Below, piece after piece: positions 38,635 to 52,288 of a stretch of DNA of 64,000 bases. The position numbers were made by a program, and so were the translations under genes. How positions within the stretch are numbered: position 1 is the first letter of the stretch; the number at the start of each line of letters is the position of its first letter. Below the pieces are notes generated by a model that was not told the origin of the DNA, did no database searches, and worked only from the letters and a program-made list of their open reading frames with translations. Source of the DNA: Daphnia carinata (Eukaryota); NCBI RefSeq assembly GCF_022539665.2, contig NC_081332.1, forward strand, positions 310,001 through 374,000, given 5' to 3'.

Positions 38635-39680
38635 AGGGAAGCAGACACGTTTATTCCCGACCGAGACTTGCGTCGCATTGAGCATATACGAATTAAATGA
38701 CAAATGTAGACCTTCCTTGGACGCCAAAATCAAGAAAAAAAAAATTACAAGAAAACAGAAAAAAGAAAAACAGGAGATAAAAAAAAATAATAAAAAAAAC
38801 AGAAAAAAAACGAGGCATTAAAAACTGAAGAGTACTTACACAAACACAAAGCAGTGCACGAATCACTGTCAATTTTCACTGAACGCATAATACACTGACA
38901 TTAGCATTCGGCGTGGAATTTCTTCACCATTTCTCTTGTCGCCAAAAGGAATTGTTATCTTTCCATCGAATAAAAAAACCTCTTCGCCGACAAATGAGGC
39001 TGTCCTGTAACGGACATATTTTTGTTTACTCAACGGCCTGTTACACCCACGTCTCGGTGGCCCACAAACAGTACACTGTACATGAATTTCGACGTCACTC
39101 GTTTTTCTAAACTCAAAAGAATATGTGGGACTATAAAACAGAAAAAAAGAGGTGTAAATTGAAAGGCAGCAAAATGTCAACACACACAAAGGCAGCGCAC
39201 GAACCCTTAAAAAAGAATTATTTTCACGGTAAGAAAAAAAAAAAAATTCAGAATTGTAATGTAACGGGTCAAAGTCAATTGTTCGCATTAAGCAATGACC
39301 GAATTTTTGGGCGACGAGAGCGAACGGACAAAACATAGCGATACAAAAAATAAAAATAAAAAGAAGCGATTGCACGCCAAAACGACTATAACTTATCTTT
39401 ACTGAATGAAAATCAAGAAGAAGAAAAAATCCCCAAACAAAGAATTTTGAATTTGATGGAAAAAAAAATTATTACAGAAATTAAATAACCCCTATGAAAA
39501 GCGAGAACGTTACAAATTATTTGTGGAATTTCAGTAAAGTAAGAAGGCCATGAAAAAATTTTTTTGTTACGATTTAAAACTCCATTGTTGATTTGTCACC
39601 AATGACCGCCACGCACTGACGGAATGATCAAACTTCACAGATTTCCTTCACATCGATTTGATACGAACAGGACCCTTTTT

Positions 39681-39686
39681 TCTCTC

Positions 39687-39718
<32 letters not shown>
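39681..39718. repeat. (CT)n microsatellite in the Cip4 3' UTR
   Basis: Directly visible TC dinucleotide run. Confidence 0.9.
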
Positions 39719-39719
<1 letters not shown>

Positions 39720-39775
39720 TTTTAATAGCCAATAAATAATTGAAGACGCGGATGGGGCAAGTGTTGGTGGGTGAA

Positions 39776-42253
39776 CTAGCAATTATTATACAGCGTACAC
39801 TGAATATAGGAGGTGGGAACAAAGCCTTCCTCAAAGCCGGAATTCCGCCGAACTCTTGTCCAGCCGTCTCCTTGGTCGACTTCGATGACGAACAGCTCTT
39901 CGCCTTCGTGCAGGGGGATGGAGCCTTCGCTTTGGGCTACCAGTGAAACAAACAAATAGAAGAAAGACAAAAACAAAAACAAAAAAAAAAACTTTTAAGT
40001 TGCATAAAGGTTTTTGCGCAGCAAATTTTGTTTCGAAATGGAAGCGGTGGCGTGAAGGCCAATTTCAGAGTGACATGAGATGTTTGTGACATCATCACCA
40101 TTGTGGTTCAAAGATTATAAAAGTTATCATCAGATAAAGCCCATCACCAGCGCTATCCCGAAAGTAAACATGCAGAAGGATTATGATTGAATAGAAAAAA
40201 AAAAAAAAAAAAAAAGGAAGGAAGGGTTGACATTGAAATGATGGAAAAGCCGTAGAGTATTTTACATTGTTTCCGAATGAAAAAGTGGCTACTAACCTTC
40301 AAATGCGTAAAGTGCTCGGCAGGTACCCAAAACTGGCAGTAGTTCGCTTTCGTACACTTCGCTCCCGTTGAGCGTATCGTCCTCTTCAGCGTCAATCTCC
40401 GCCTCAGCGTTAGCGTAAAGCCTTTCCACCTCTGAATCGGGGAAGCTAGTATGTGAGGCGTGTGAGCCGACTCCGCTTTCCGGACTATGGGACGACCTAT
40501 TGAAAAAGTAATTTATATTTTCTTCCAACAGCTTCATCTTTGTTAACAATGTTAACTCTAATAAGTGTTTACCCGTGGGTAGGTTGCGGCGTTCCAGGTA
40601 GAGAAGGTTTATTGTTAGGATTGGAAACGCTCGAATCGGACGCGCTCCGGCTAAGGGATTCGTCGGAGCCGCCGTGCTGGGTCAGGGCGTTGTTCGATCC
40701 TTTAGATCCCACCAATTTCCTCAGTCCTAGTCCTCCACTACTGCCATTCATGCCCATGGCCGAAGACGTTCGGACAGCAGGCGCGTTTATTGTTTGGGAC
40801 GCTACTCGGCCTTCGGCTTCATCCAGGTACCCTTGGAACTTGTGAAGTTCTAACCGTAGTTTATCCAACCTGGATAAAAAAAAAAAAAAAGAAAAATCAA
40901 CAAAAATGGAAAATAAATAAACAAAATCTAGTTTGTGTTTCTGCTCAAGACAATGACAAACTGGAATCCCCTTAGAATAAAGTTCATTTCAAAGTCTAAG
41001 AAGATGAAGAAGAAGGACAAACGATGCAAAGCCCCCGCTTCATTGTTGTCAGTCAAGCCAGCGATGACAGGTTTCGTTGTAGGGAAATTCATGTTCGAAC
41101 GAAGAGATAACGGGTGATCCATATATGATTTTCAGGATAGCGGGCCGTGGCGCTTGTTTCAGTGTGGTACAATATAAAGGATGAAGAAACGTGAAATTTG
41201 CCGTTTTCACAGGCAAATCCATTTGAAATCGTTACCATCATCTGATTTCGGCCACAAGTCCAACCATAACGTGTTACGTATGGCATACGTTCGTTCATGA
41301 AATCTGTTCTTCATTTTAGCAAGAGACAACCGCCAGGGGCTTCATACTACTTCTTACGAAATGCCAAATCGAAACGGAGACGAAGCTAGCAGTGTCTCCT
41401 AAGTTACGAGCGCCAACTGACAATCAAATAAATCGTTGGGGTTGAAATACCTCTGTCCACTCTCTGTCAGTTGGCCCTCAATGGAAAGCGGGTCGCCTAA
41501 GGCGCGGTTTTGTTCGTAGACGCCCTTCATTTTCATGAGTCCGTCGCGCGTCGCCGTCTCCTGCAGTAAACGCGTGTTGATCTCGTCCAGCCGCTGTTGC
41601 AACTTCTTGCGTCGCTGGTTCGGTGCCAAATCACTAAAATCCTCCTTGGGTTCGACCAAGGCGATGAGAGACGACTGGAATAGAGAAAGTAAACAAAAAA
41701 TAAAAAATAAAAAAAATGTGCCAACAAATAATCGCAATTCATTTGAAGCAGCCAAGCGCTGACGGAGCGTGCCATCCTATTTTATACTCAGCAGTTATTT
41801 TGCAAGATGAAAATCTTACAAGACTCATTAATTCAAAAGACATTGGTGACAAAAGCGGATGGTGGATGAGGGAGAAAACGTGCTGGGAAAATGGACGAGG
41901 ATGAGTGCATGCTGACAGCAAAGTTTTTTTTTTTCCTCTTCGATTGAATCAATTAATCATTGCGGAGAAATGGGAACGGAAGCGCAAGCTGGGGGGAGGA
42001 GGCAAAACGTAAAAAAAAAGTTTCGAATCAATACTTACGATAATTGATTAGTGCACTTGAGAGTGTGGCGTGCTACAATACTACGGATGGTAGCGTCTCC
42101 ACGCTCGGCATCCATTTTTTTGCAGAACGAGAAAAGAAACAATAACAAAACAAGGGTGAGATGGAATCAGAAAAAAATAAGTCTCCACACTCGGCATCCG
42201 CATTTGCAGAACGAGAAAAGAAATTATAACAAATAAGGGTGAGATGGAATCAG

Positions 42254-42284
<31 letters not shown>

Positions 42285-43224
42285 GAAAACGAACAAAAAA
42301 TGAGTTGAAAATGATAATGGATTGGTTGAAAAATAGGCATTTTTTTTCACGAAATGTTGGTCAACGAATCCACTGTTAGTCACGCCATTCTATCCTGTTT
42401 CGTTAAGGAAGATGTTTTTGTGCATTCGAAACGTTACCTTGCCAGCGTTGAATATGCTAAAGATGCCGGCCCGTTTTTTAAGTTTCATAGCGGTCAACGT
42501 GCCGCTTTTCGTCTCGGACTTGAGGATACCGCTCGAGGTAAGGCTAATGGTGGAATGAATGGCGCCACTGCCCACGCCGCCGCCATTGCTGGACGAGTCC
42601 GAGCCGACGCTGCCACTTCGCATATTGCTCAGGTCTTCAAAGGGAACATCTTCCGGTGGCGAGAAACCAGACTTGTACCGTTCAATCACCAACCGCGAGT
42701 CCTTAAAACAGGGAGAGAAAAAAAAAATCACGTTCTATTCCACTTCATAACGAATTAACGTATCAAATAACAATAAAGTTACTTTTTCTGGGTCGACACT
42801 GTCGGCTGCTCGAATGATTCCGTCCAAACATTTGTTAATTATGGGAAAGACACTTCGTTCTATATCGACGCCCTTCCGGATAAAATTCTCAATTTGTTTG
42901 ATTCTTTTATCGTCCAACTCCTGTAGGGTATGGAACACACCTGGCAGGGCCGTCTAGTTGGAACAAAAGCACAACCATCATTTAAAATGATCAAAAGCTA
43001 TAAATTAGAAATGCAGCAGGGAAAACACATCAAAAGGCTTCGTCCGCCTTTTTACCACTATGCAAGCCGCACGGATGGTAATGCAACATCTGTTGGTTAA
43101 CTTTTTCCCAGCCAAAATAAGGCATTGTTGCATTAAGATAAATAATGATTGCATCACAACGATATTGCCGTGTGGAACCAGGTTGGGAGAGAGAGAGAGA
43201 GGGAGAGAGAGGGAGAGAGAGAGA

Positions 43225-43259
<35 letters not shown>

Positions 43260-46200
43260 CCCAAAACCTTATTGGCGGATAATCTGAACAAGCTTCGCCG
43301 AAAACGGTACGACGTTTCTCATTTTGGTTCTCGATAGAAACTCAAAAAATAAATAAAATAAATAAAAAAAACAAGGGGGAGGAGGGTGGGAGAGGAAAAA
43401 AAAGAAAGAAAGAAAACACCCGTTTCCCACGCACCTGGTAGTGACATGTCTGAAGCTCGTTGGTTTTCTGCAGCTGCTTAGCGTACTCGTTTTTGTTGTC
43501 ATCGCACTGGTGACTTTTGATGGACGAGTTAATGCGCTGCTTCTCCACGTCAGCTCTAGAGAGGTTCAGATCCGCGTCGGCTTTGCGGTACGCGTCTTCT
43601 GCCCGCTCTGCTTCCCGGAAAGCCTTTTCATAATTCTTCTGTGCCCGATCCAGAGCCGACAGTTGCTGGCTCAACGACGACTGTAATTTAGCGCCTTCTT
43701 GTAGAGCCTGTAAATGCAAGAAACGTCACACACCTATACGTTATATTACTATAAATGGGACCGAGCCCACCCAGAGACTATCGGGAGAAAGCAGAATAAG
43801 AACTTGGTCCAAACTCCAAAGAGATGGAAAGTAACTAGGAGATGCCAAGGTTGAAATCCCGTTTTTTTGAAAGTGTGACACGCCCGCAAGCGACTACAGC
43901 ACGTCTGATGTTATTCAGATTCTTTTTTGTTTTGCAACACAAGCTGAAGCCATGGACCCATAATATAATCTGTTTGATGTAAATTTATTTTCTTTGTTTT
44001 ACGCTATCTGGAGCCCAAAGAACTATGGCTACAACCGCGCAGAGAAGTAGATTGAATGGGACGTGCACGCCCGTACTGAGGTTGGATCACCATTCAAAAA
44101 CATGACAATGCCTTTAAACTGCCCGATGATTATCTCAACTTTCGAAGGCAACGCGTCCTTGAAGCCCAATGTGTGTACTGTCTCGAACTGTGGGTGTATG
44201 CGTTAACTATGGTGGGAAGAAACCTACGAATTCCGTTGTTGCCATTTCCTTTTCTACCAACCAAAAAAACTACGTTATGAAAAAGGGAAAATAACTCGAA
44301 ATCTCCTTTTTTTGCCTGAACTCCAGGAATGTAACAAAACACTGCTCTTTTCAACAGGTTTTGCGACTGTTGCAAAAACTTGTTAACGAGGTAATTACAA
44401 AGAAATAAAGGTGTGACAAGTACCTTTTTACGTTCTTCTTTCAAGTCTTTTACGAGAGCCACAATTTCCTTGGTGACGGCTGACGTTAGGTTCTCGGCGA
44501 CCACTTCATGCTGGCCAGCTTGATCATTGACTTCGGTCAGGACGTCGCGGAACGCTTTCTGGCACGAAAATCTGTTGAAAATGAAAAGACAAAACAAAAA
44601 ATGAGATCTCCCATACCGCACGTTAAATTCAACACGGCGAAGAGAACAGTGGAGAGCTGTGGGGAACGCACAGTTGGTTGGCCACAGGCGCTCGGGATGT
44701 CGGTGCGCCGCATGGGAACCTATTAAGAGTACTATGGATACGGTGCAATGGTTAAGAGAAAGATGCAAGGAAAATAAATAAATAAACAAATAAATATATA
44801 AAAAAAATTGTTTAAACGACGCAGCAGAAGAAAGAAAGCAAACGAGCGAGAGCGATAAGCAGACGGAAGAAACCCATTCCCAGGCTTTTCTTGCGAGCGC
44901 ACGCCCGCGTCCGAGTTCATTAAAATTAAAAGGGAAGGAAAAAAAAGAGATGCTATATTCAACGTCACACGGCCATATTTCAGGCCAAACAGCTATTTTT
45001 TTTTGTTCTCTTTCAACCTAATAAAATACTCCAAATATTGTTGAAGCATTCCCCAGAAATCGACTATCAGCTTGACGATAAAAGGCTATCGTCGTGCCGT
45101 CGTTAAAGGCTAATTATCTGGGCTTTGGATTTGTCACCTATGGACAGCCTGAATGGATGACACACCAGCAAATGGTTTCCATGCCTTATTCTCATTATCT
45201 TGGCCGACAACTGAAGTGGAGAGAGTCAAGACCTTAGGATGTCAGCGAGCATGATTAGATTTTCAGTGACAACTTCCGTTAAGAACAGAGATAGTGCAGA
45301 AAAAAAGGGCACGAATTGCCAATCAGATTCAACAGTATAACGTGAAGAAACGCCATTATGAGTAAAACGCTAGATGGAAGGGGTCGTTGAGCTGCACGAC
45401 ATAGCCCGCTTTCAGTGCGTGACTTAGCCATTCGCCTGCGAGACAGTGACGGAAAATCAGAGGTTTCGTCTTTCCTTAACAAGATTGCCCCGTAGAGTAT
45501 CTACCCTTAATGCGGCGCAGTATAAAAATAGAAATCCGAACGTAAAGCGAATCTTATTAGCATTTTAAAAAATCTATCTTCCAGTCGATTGTCGTTCATT
45601 CTGAGCTAGTTAGTGGCGACCTATATGAAAGCCCAAGTGAAAGGTCAACTGTTATTTTTAAACCAACACTAACTCAAGCCCAGTAAGGAAAAAAGGAGGC
45701 GAATGCCAGGTAAAACATTTACAGTCACAAAGGCTCTCCCTTCCAAGTGCGTAAAATCGTCATTGTTTCTTTCCCTTTGCTCCTTCCCAATTTGCCAAAA
45801 CAGCAAGGGCCTCCAAGAGTTGCGCACTTAAAGTTGAAGGGAAAAAAAAAAAAACTGATATAATACAATTTACAGTTACAACAACAGGTCGCGTTTCACT
45901 GGAAAAGTCTCAAATCCAAACAAATTAAACAGGTATTATTGATATGTTACTGTAGTCGATGGCAATGGTTGAGGAGCGTAACGTCGGTGCAGAACAGACG
46001 GAACCTGTCGGCCAAGCGGAGATGGTTTGTTTCATTTTCTACCGTTTCGGATTGCACGATTCGCTGAACGTTCACCAAAATCGGTCGTACCCACGCTAGA
46101 GTGGAGTAGAGCTTCGGTACTTCAGCTGCCTCACTATCTCAGGCTAAAAAAACGTTCGGGTTGCGACCGGAACAGGCCACCAAGTTTAGCCCCACTCATC

Positions 46201-49013
46201 TTACACCAACAAACACGATGATCTTGTCGACAGCCGACTGAACCGTTATATGACATGCACATGATCAATTCTCGTTTAATACTTGTCTTTCTTGTCTTCT
46301 TATCTAGTCGCATTTATTCCCCCCCCCCAGAGAAAGAAGTATTTGAGTAATGAGCCGAGGTGGAAGGAATGCTACGCGATCAAGATACCCAAACGAACAA
46401 CTGTAATCATGAGACATGGTTTAACAAGAATGATGGCATTATTTTTGTAACCTCCTAAAGGTTAGTGGAAAGGGGGGAAGCAACGTTTGGCTGGATCGCT
46501 ATCGGACAAGTGGGGTAGGCTCCTCAGTGGGGTGACGTCATCCCACGATGAGTCAGCGTCATTACTAGTTACACCCCCGTTAACGAAAAAGAAAAAGGAA
46601 GAAGAAAAAAAAATCGATAGTCCTAGCAAGGGGTGGGAGGGCTCATAGCGGGCACAGCATTATATGCCAGGTGAAGAATTCGCTAGGTCCGCTAGCCCCA
46701 TTTCAGAGATTGGGGAAAAGCGGCAAGGTCAGCATGTTTGCCCTCTTAAAAAAAAAAAGGAAAAAATAACGGCGAACCATTCGAGTTTAGTGGGTCAAAC
46801 CATTTTGATATTCTGAGGCGGATCTTTCTTCTTCTTTTTCTTTCTGTTCTTTAGCTCTCAACATTCGACAAGATTGGTCATCCTGAAACAAAGATAGCGG
46901 AAGTACGCTAGACATTACACGACAACCAAACACAAACACGACCCTGCACGTCGATGTTCGCAGTGCTCGCCGTGAAAGGTTGGCTACGGCACCCGAAACA
47001 GGGTGCGGAGGATGGCGAAAAACCATCAAGTATAATAAACAAAGAAATTGTACTTCACATAACAGATTCTAGGCCTTTCCTTCTCGGAAACCAATTCGAA
47101 TGATCTGGAATATCGTGAGCGTTTTTGCTGGAGGCGTCACCAACAACAAAAACAGCTAGAGGCACGCCCTAGGCACATTACGTTTGTTTTAGAAAAAAGA
47201 AAAAAAAATTCCCACTTACTGGTATTCTTCTTCTTCCTTTTTCTTCGGCATATACGACTTTACCAGCCGCCTGGATAAAACATCAACGTTAAACCGAATA
47301 CACAAATTTGCTATTCAAACTCTGAAACTAATCACCTCAATTTGCCGGCGTACTCGGATTCGATCGCACACCGATCTCGTATAAAGTTCCCATAGCGTTC
47401 AAGAAAGTCGATGCCCTTTTGGGTGTGGGCAGCTACGTTGTCGTATTGGTCCTATTAAGGTCATAAGGGAAAATGCACGTATGAAGCCGTTATCTCTCGG
47501 TGCACCGATCCAATCAACAGTAAAACGTGACACGTATAAGATAAAACTGCTTAACACAAAACGGCGTTATCATCGGCCATAAAGACGAGGACGGGAAGAA
47601 GTTCTATCAACTTCAACGACGTTAGGGGAAAAGGCCAACGCTGATCCAAGCCGCTGGATGAAGATGTAAAATAAGTCACGGAAACTTTGCCAGAGATAAA
47701 ATTGGAACCTTTCGTCCTCAGTGGACGCGAGGATCGTTCAGCAGCTCTCAGATCACATGACTCGAGCCGAAGACGTCACAATCTTTTGGCTGCTGCAACA
47801 AACGCCCCCTCGAACAGATTTAGAACACAACGAGCCAAGTGAAAGAAATGTAAAAAAGACGCCGAAGAAGATTAAGAAACTATGGTTGTAGGCCGGCAAA
47901 CAAATGCCAACGACAAGCGCGGGTATCCATGCAATTCGGAAGGTGAATAACAACAACATACTTTTGGAGTGAATTTAAACAAGGAGCTGGTACCGGCAAG
48001 AAAGGAAATAAATCGGCTAACTAACAGCAAGGCGCATTCCAGCACGGGCTCCACCTTAACGCAGTTCCCATTCTAAGTGACGATCAAGCCATTTTCGAAT
48101 CCAATCCCGTAAAACACAGTGATATTTTGATATTTATAAGCTATAACAGTTAGGCTTGGTACAGCGTCGAAGTGAACACGAAGTGACGACTTGGTCTAAA
48201 TAAATATTGTGACAGCTTTTCGGTGTCTGTGGAGTCTTGTGTATCACTGTCCCCACTAATGCCGTCTCACAATTGCGTACGCAAGGACTCAAATATAGCT
48301 TATAGCTAAGAGCAAATATAGCTAGTTCTTTTCTCTGCTGACGAACTGTCGAAAAGAAGATGGAATGGGAAATTTTAACACAGTCTTGGGATCGGTCGAG
48401 AGGAAATTTAATGCTAGACGTACGCTGGAATCGTCTGACTATGAAGAACCTCGGTAATATCCTGTCGGAAGTTTAATACGAAACATCCATTCCTTGTTCA
48501 TGAGCTGCTTGGTTGTTGATTCTGAAAAATAAAGTACCTAAACATTTCATTGCACTAAATTCCCAAACTATGCTTACTTATCATATCACTTTTAGACTTC
48601 CGGCGCCCTGAAATTGCAGAAGTATTAGGTAACAAGGAAAAGGTTTGCAACCAAATGACAGTGAGCCTTAGTTGAGGAGTTTGATTACGCCATAGTCTGA
48701 CAGATTTACAAGAACTCAACTGAGTGGGTGTACAACCAAACTCTCCTATTGAAGCTTTGATAAACAATATTCACACTGGTCACTTCTCCAATAATCTCCA
48801 AATAAACGAGCAAAAAAAAAACAATAATCATAAATTTGGATCTTGTAGTGTTTGTTTGTTTTAAAACTTAAAAATGGTCGAATTCAAACGCTGCAAGCTA
48901 GGGATGGGTCGTCTCGTTAACACAAGGCTACTGTGAACAGGGGTGTGTTACGCTTTATGATTCTTGTTGAAAAATAGGAAAGAACTTACCCAAAGTTCGA
49001 TTCCCCAACTCAT
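39776..49013 (-). CDS. Cip4: Cdc42-interacting protein 4 / formin-binding protein 1-like (F-BAR, HR1, SH3)
   Basis: First exon MSWGIELW (49013-48990), then [91 protein letters not shown]1 [32 protein letters not shown]3 [29 protein letters not shown]. Confidence 0.95.
42095..42262. repeat. Imperfect tandem duplication (~86 bp unit) in a Cip4 intron, followed by a poly(A) run
   Basis: GTCTCCAC(G/A)CTCGGCATCC...GCAGAACGAGAAAAGAAA...AAGGGTGAGATGGAATCAGAAAAAAA occurs at 42095 and again at 42181. Confidence 0.9.
43187..43257. repeat. (GA)n microsatellite in a Cip4 intron
   Basis: Directly visible interrupted GA run. Confidence 0.92.
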
Positions 49014-51142
49014 TTTTTTTTTAAATGCACGTATCCGACTTATCCAATCAAGTTCCAAATTGACATTGCAGATAAAACATTCAAAATTCAACACGAGTTT
49101 CACGCACACACAAAACTGGCTTTAATATGCTGACCAACATGCACTTACTTCTGCTTCTAACGCCACTTCAGCAAAACTTTGCTCCTGCAATGCCAAGTCT
49201 GTCGGCCTCCTAGTGACGAAAACTAGAAGGAATAGCCGAACAAATTAAAAACAGACTGGATAGTCAGCCAACGCCATCTTACGACCATTGTTAAAAGTAA
49301 GCACAAAAGCAAAAGAAAAACACAAGCAATATGTAATAAGTAATAAATAATAAATAATAATAAAAAACAAAAACAAAACCCCAACAAAAAAACAAACACA
49401 AAAAAAAAAAATTATCATTCGCCCCGTATGTGGTGCGACGTTTAACGAATGCGATAACATGCAACCTCTGGTAAGAAAAAAAAACTTTTGTGGCAAAAAA
49501 TCCGAGTTAGCATTGAAACGAAAAGCTGCCGTTACTTTCGGAACGAAGGGGTATAGTGACAACTGAGGAGCTATGCGGAATCACGAAGGTCATGCAGTAT
49601 TTTTTTTTGTCATCGTTTGCCATATTGATAAGTTGAAAAAAATCCCAAACGCAGAATAAAAGAATGAAAGAAACGAAAAGCAAACAAAACAATCTAAAAA
49701 GCTTAGTTTGTTAAACTGTTACTAACGCTTAATACTTCTACTTGTTAATACAACCTGCCACTGAAGCGACTACTATTCTTCACGACGCAATACCAACTAA
49801 GGGAATAGCCCCCATTTACGTTGTTCATGAATAACTATCACCATTTAAATATAGAAAATTTCAGATTTGGAAAATTAAATGTATCAAATTTTAATGTAGC
49901 CGTTGAAAGGAAAAATAATGTTAAGAAACAAATAAAACAAATAATCACAATAAATTAGAATATAAGCTATAAAATTGCAATGATATGCAATTAATATACT
50001 ACACTAATAAAAACTAAAACTAATAAACGCAAAAACAAACTAATAAAATGCAAAATCTAAATCTGAATACCAGTTTAGATTGAACAAATTGATCGAAACA
50101 AGTGAAGCCACTCGTGTGCATAATTATTATGCTTTATTCTTGGTTTTTTAGCTGTCTGATACATCATGAAACTTTCAACGCGTTGGGGGCTTGGTTGTTA
50201 AACCGTTTCATACGTTAATTGGCAATCTCGCAAACAGCTACCACACATTACACTAAACTCAAGCGAAAATAAAGACACTAGAAGTATTTATTTTCAAAAT
50301 TGTCATAATTGATGATGCTGGATCATCGACTTGTGTAAGTAAACCAAGTTTTTCAGAGACGTTCCAATTCGATTTCGTGAATTGCGGCAAATTCTAAGTA
50401 CTAATATTCATCGCTTGTTTGCCTATTGAGCATCGATAAATATTTAATGGGTTTTACTTCTGATGAATAATCAATTTCTGTACAGACGGCAAGCAACTTA
50501 GGGCAAATGGCTACGTTTCAAGAAGCGTCAGTTCTTTGGCAAAATTTATGGACTATTGTTATATATATATATTTTTCACATCCAGATGCCGAATCAACCC
50601 GTCATAAAAGAAGTTCTTAAAGGGCTAAAGGCGAATAATGTGGTTTTGTATGTCTTTTTTCCCAGAGCTGACTTCCCTTTCTGGACAATTATGTAGGGCC
50701 TAGAGAACGTGAGGATTAAGAGAAAAATATCACAACTTAAAATTTTAAAATGTGACAGCTGCGCAGATTCGATCTTTTGCTCGTAATTGATATGGTATAC
50801 GCACTTGTCTTAACAACAGTAGATGATTGGGCACATTTGCACAGCCGACATGTCGGTAGCAAGGACGGTAAGCATCGGAACAAGCACATCGGAAATAGCG
50901 TGGATGATTTTTCTAGAATAAAGAAAATGCAACAGTAACAATACATTCTACCCGTTGAAACAATCCTAATTTACGCGAATGAGTAAGAAAATCAAAACAG
51001 GACAAAAAAACGACCGTGCGATTTCGATCAATACTAAAAGCACTCGACAAGTAGTCCGGGAGTCGAGCAGGTTGTGGTCTGAAACCGTTTGTACTAAGGT
51101 TTCATACGATATTTATACCAACTTAGATGAGTACACACAATA

Positions 51143-52288
51143 GGGGAGGTAGGGCGTGGTTGGAACACAAAACTTATTTTTGTTTCGTACGATTACAAAA
51201 ATCGTCCAAGTAAACTAAAAAATATATAGATTTGTAGCCAATTATCTCAGCTACATAACCGTATTTTTTTTGGGTGGGTTCGGCAAAGATTAATATCTGC
51301 TATGCGTAAAAAACTGGAGGTACCCCAAGTTGTTTCAATTGCCAATTCTACTCGGCAATTGAAACAGGGCGTCTGGGCAATTGAAACGTGGGTTTTCCCA
51401 TAAGAGAGCTCCCGGTTTTATGAAGAAACTAAAATGGCGATATCTCAGAATCTGGGTTACGTATTTTGATGAATTTTTCACAGTAATATAGAGAATTTTG
51501 ATCTTTATTTTTTAAGATATTTTATAACTTTCTATACTAACTAAATATTATTTAATGAATTTTAGTAGTTTTCTGAATTAGGTTCGGAAAACCGTTAGTA
51601 ATCCAAAGAACGGTTAATAGTATGGAGATCAAATTTTTATAATCGAATATTGCATGTTCAGCCTTACATCATAATTGTTGTTCATGTCCTTAATTTAATT
51701 TTTAAAATTTAATTTCTTTCGTCAACGTTGTAAATAAAAGCACAAACATTGTGGCAGACGATAAATGCCAGCCACCCAGCAGACGAAATAAAACACAAAA
51801 TAGACAATAATTGAAAAAAGAGCTCTGCTAATACGCTGCGTAGGGAACACTGTTGTCAGACTACAGTAAAGGAGACGCGCATACGGAAGGGTCGCAATTG
51901 GAACAAGGTGTTCCAACTGCTCCGACCATGGGTCTTCACGGAGTTTTAATGTTTAGGGGGGATAAAATTTAGCTAGGAAAAAATTCATGTGATCAATTTA
52001 TAGCTCAATGAATGACGAGTGATTGGAGACCTTTTTAAATGATTTTCTTCGTCGTTTTCTGTGTGAAAACAAAAAAATTGTCTGCAAAAAAACGACAAAT
52101 TAAGAGACAAAAAACAATTTTCTGGGATAATTCGAAAACTTTTAGATTCTAAAGCCTCCAATTTTTTCTAAAAAGGTAGAACCCTAATTCCCATTAGTTC
52201 AAATTTTTTAAACAAAATCTCTTACATACTTTAAGTGGTAGAATTTTTGTTTCAATTGCCGCGTGTTCCAATTGCGCCCTACCTCCTC
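51143..52288. mobile_element. Non-autonomous TIR transposon with TA target-site duplication (Tc1/mariner-pogo superfamily type MITE)
   Basis: TA|GGGGAGGTAGGGCGTGGTTGGAACAC ... GTGTTCCAATTGCGCCCTACCTCCTC|TA: 26-bp TIRs with 4 mismatches and TA on both sides. Internal CAATTG(A/G)AAC motifs recur near 51333-51390, 51893-51920 and 52248-52272. No transposase ORF. Confidence 0.85.
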
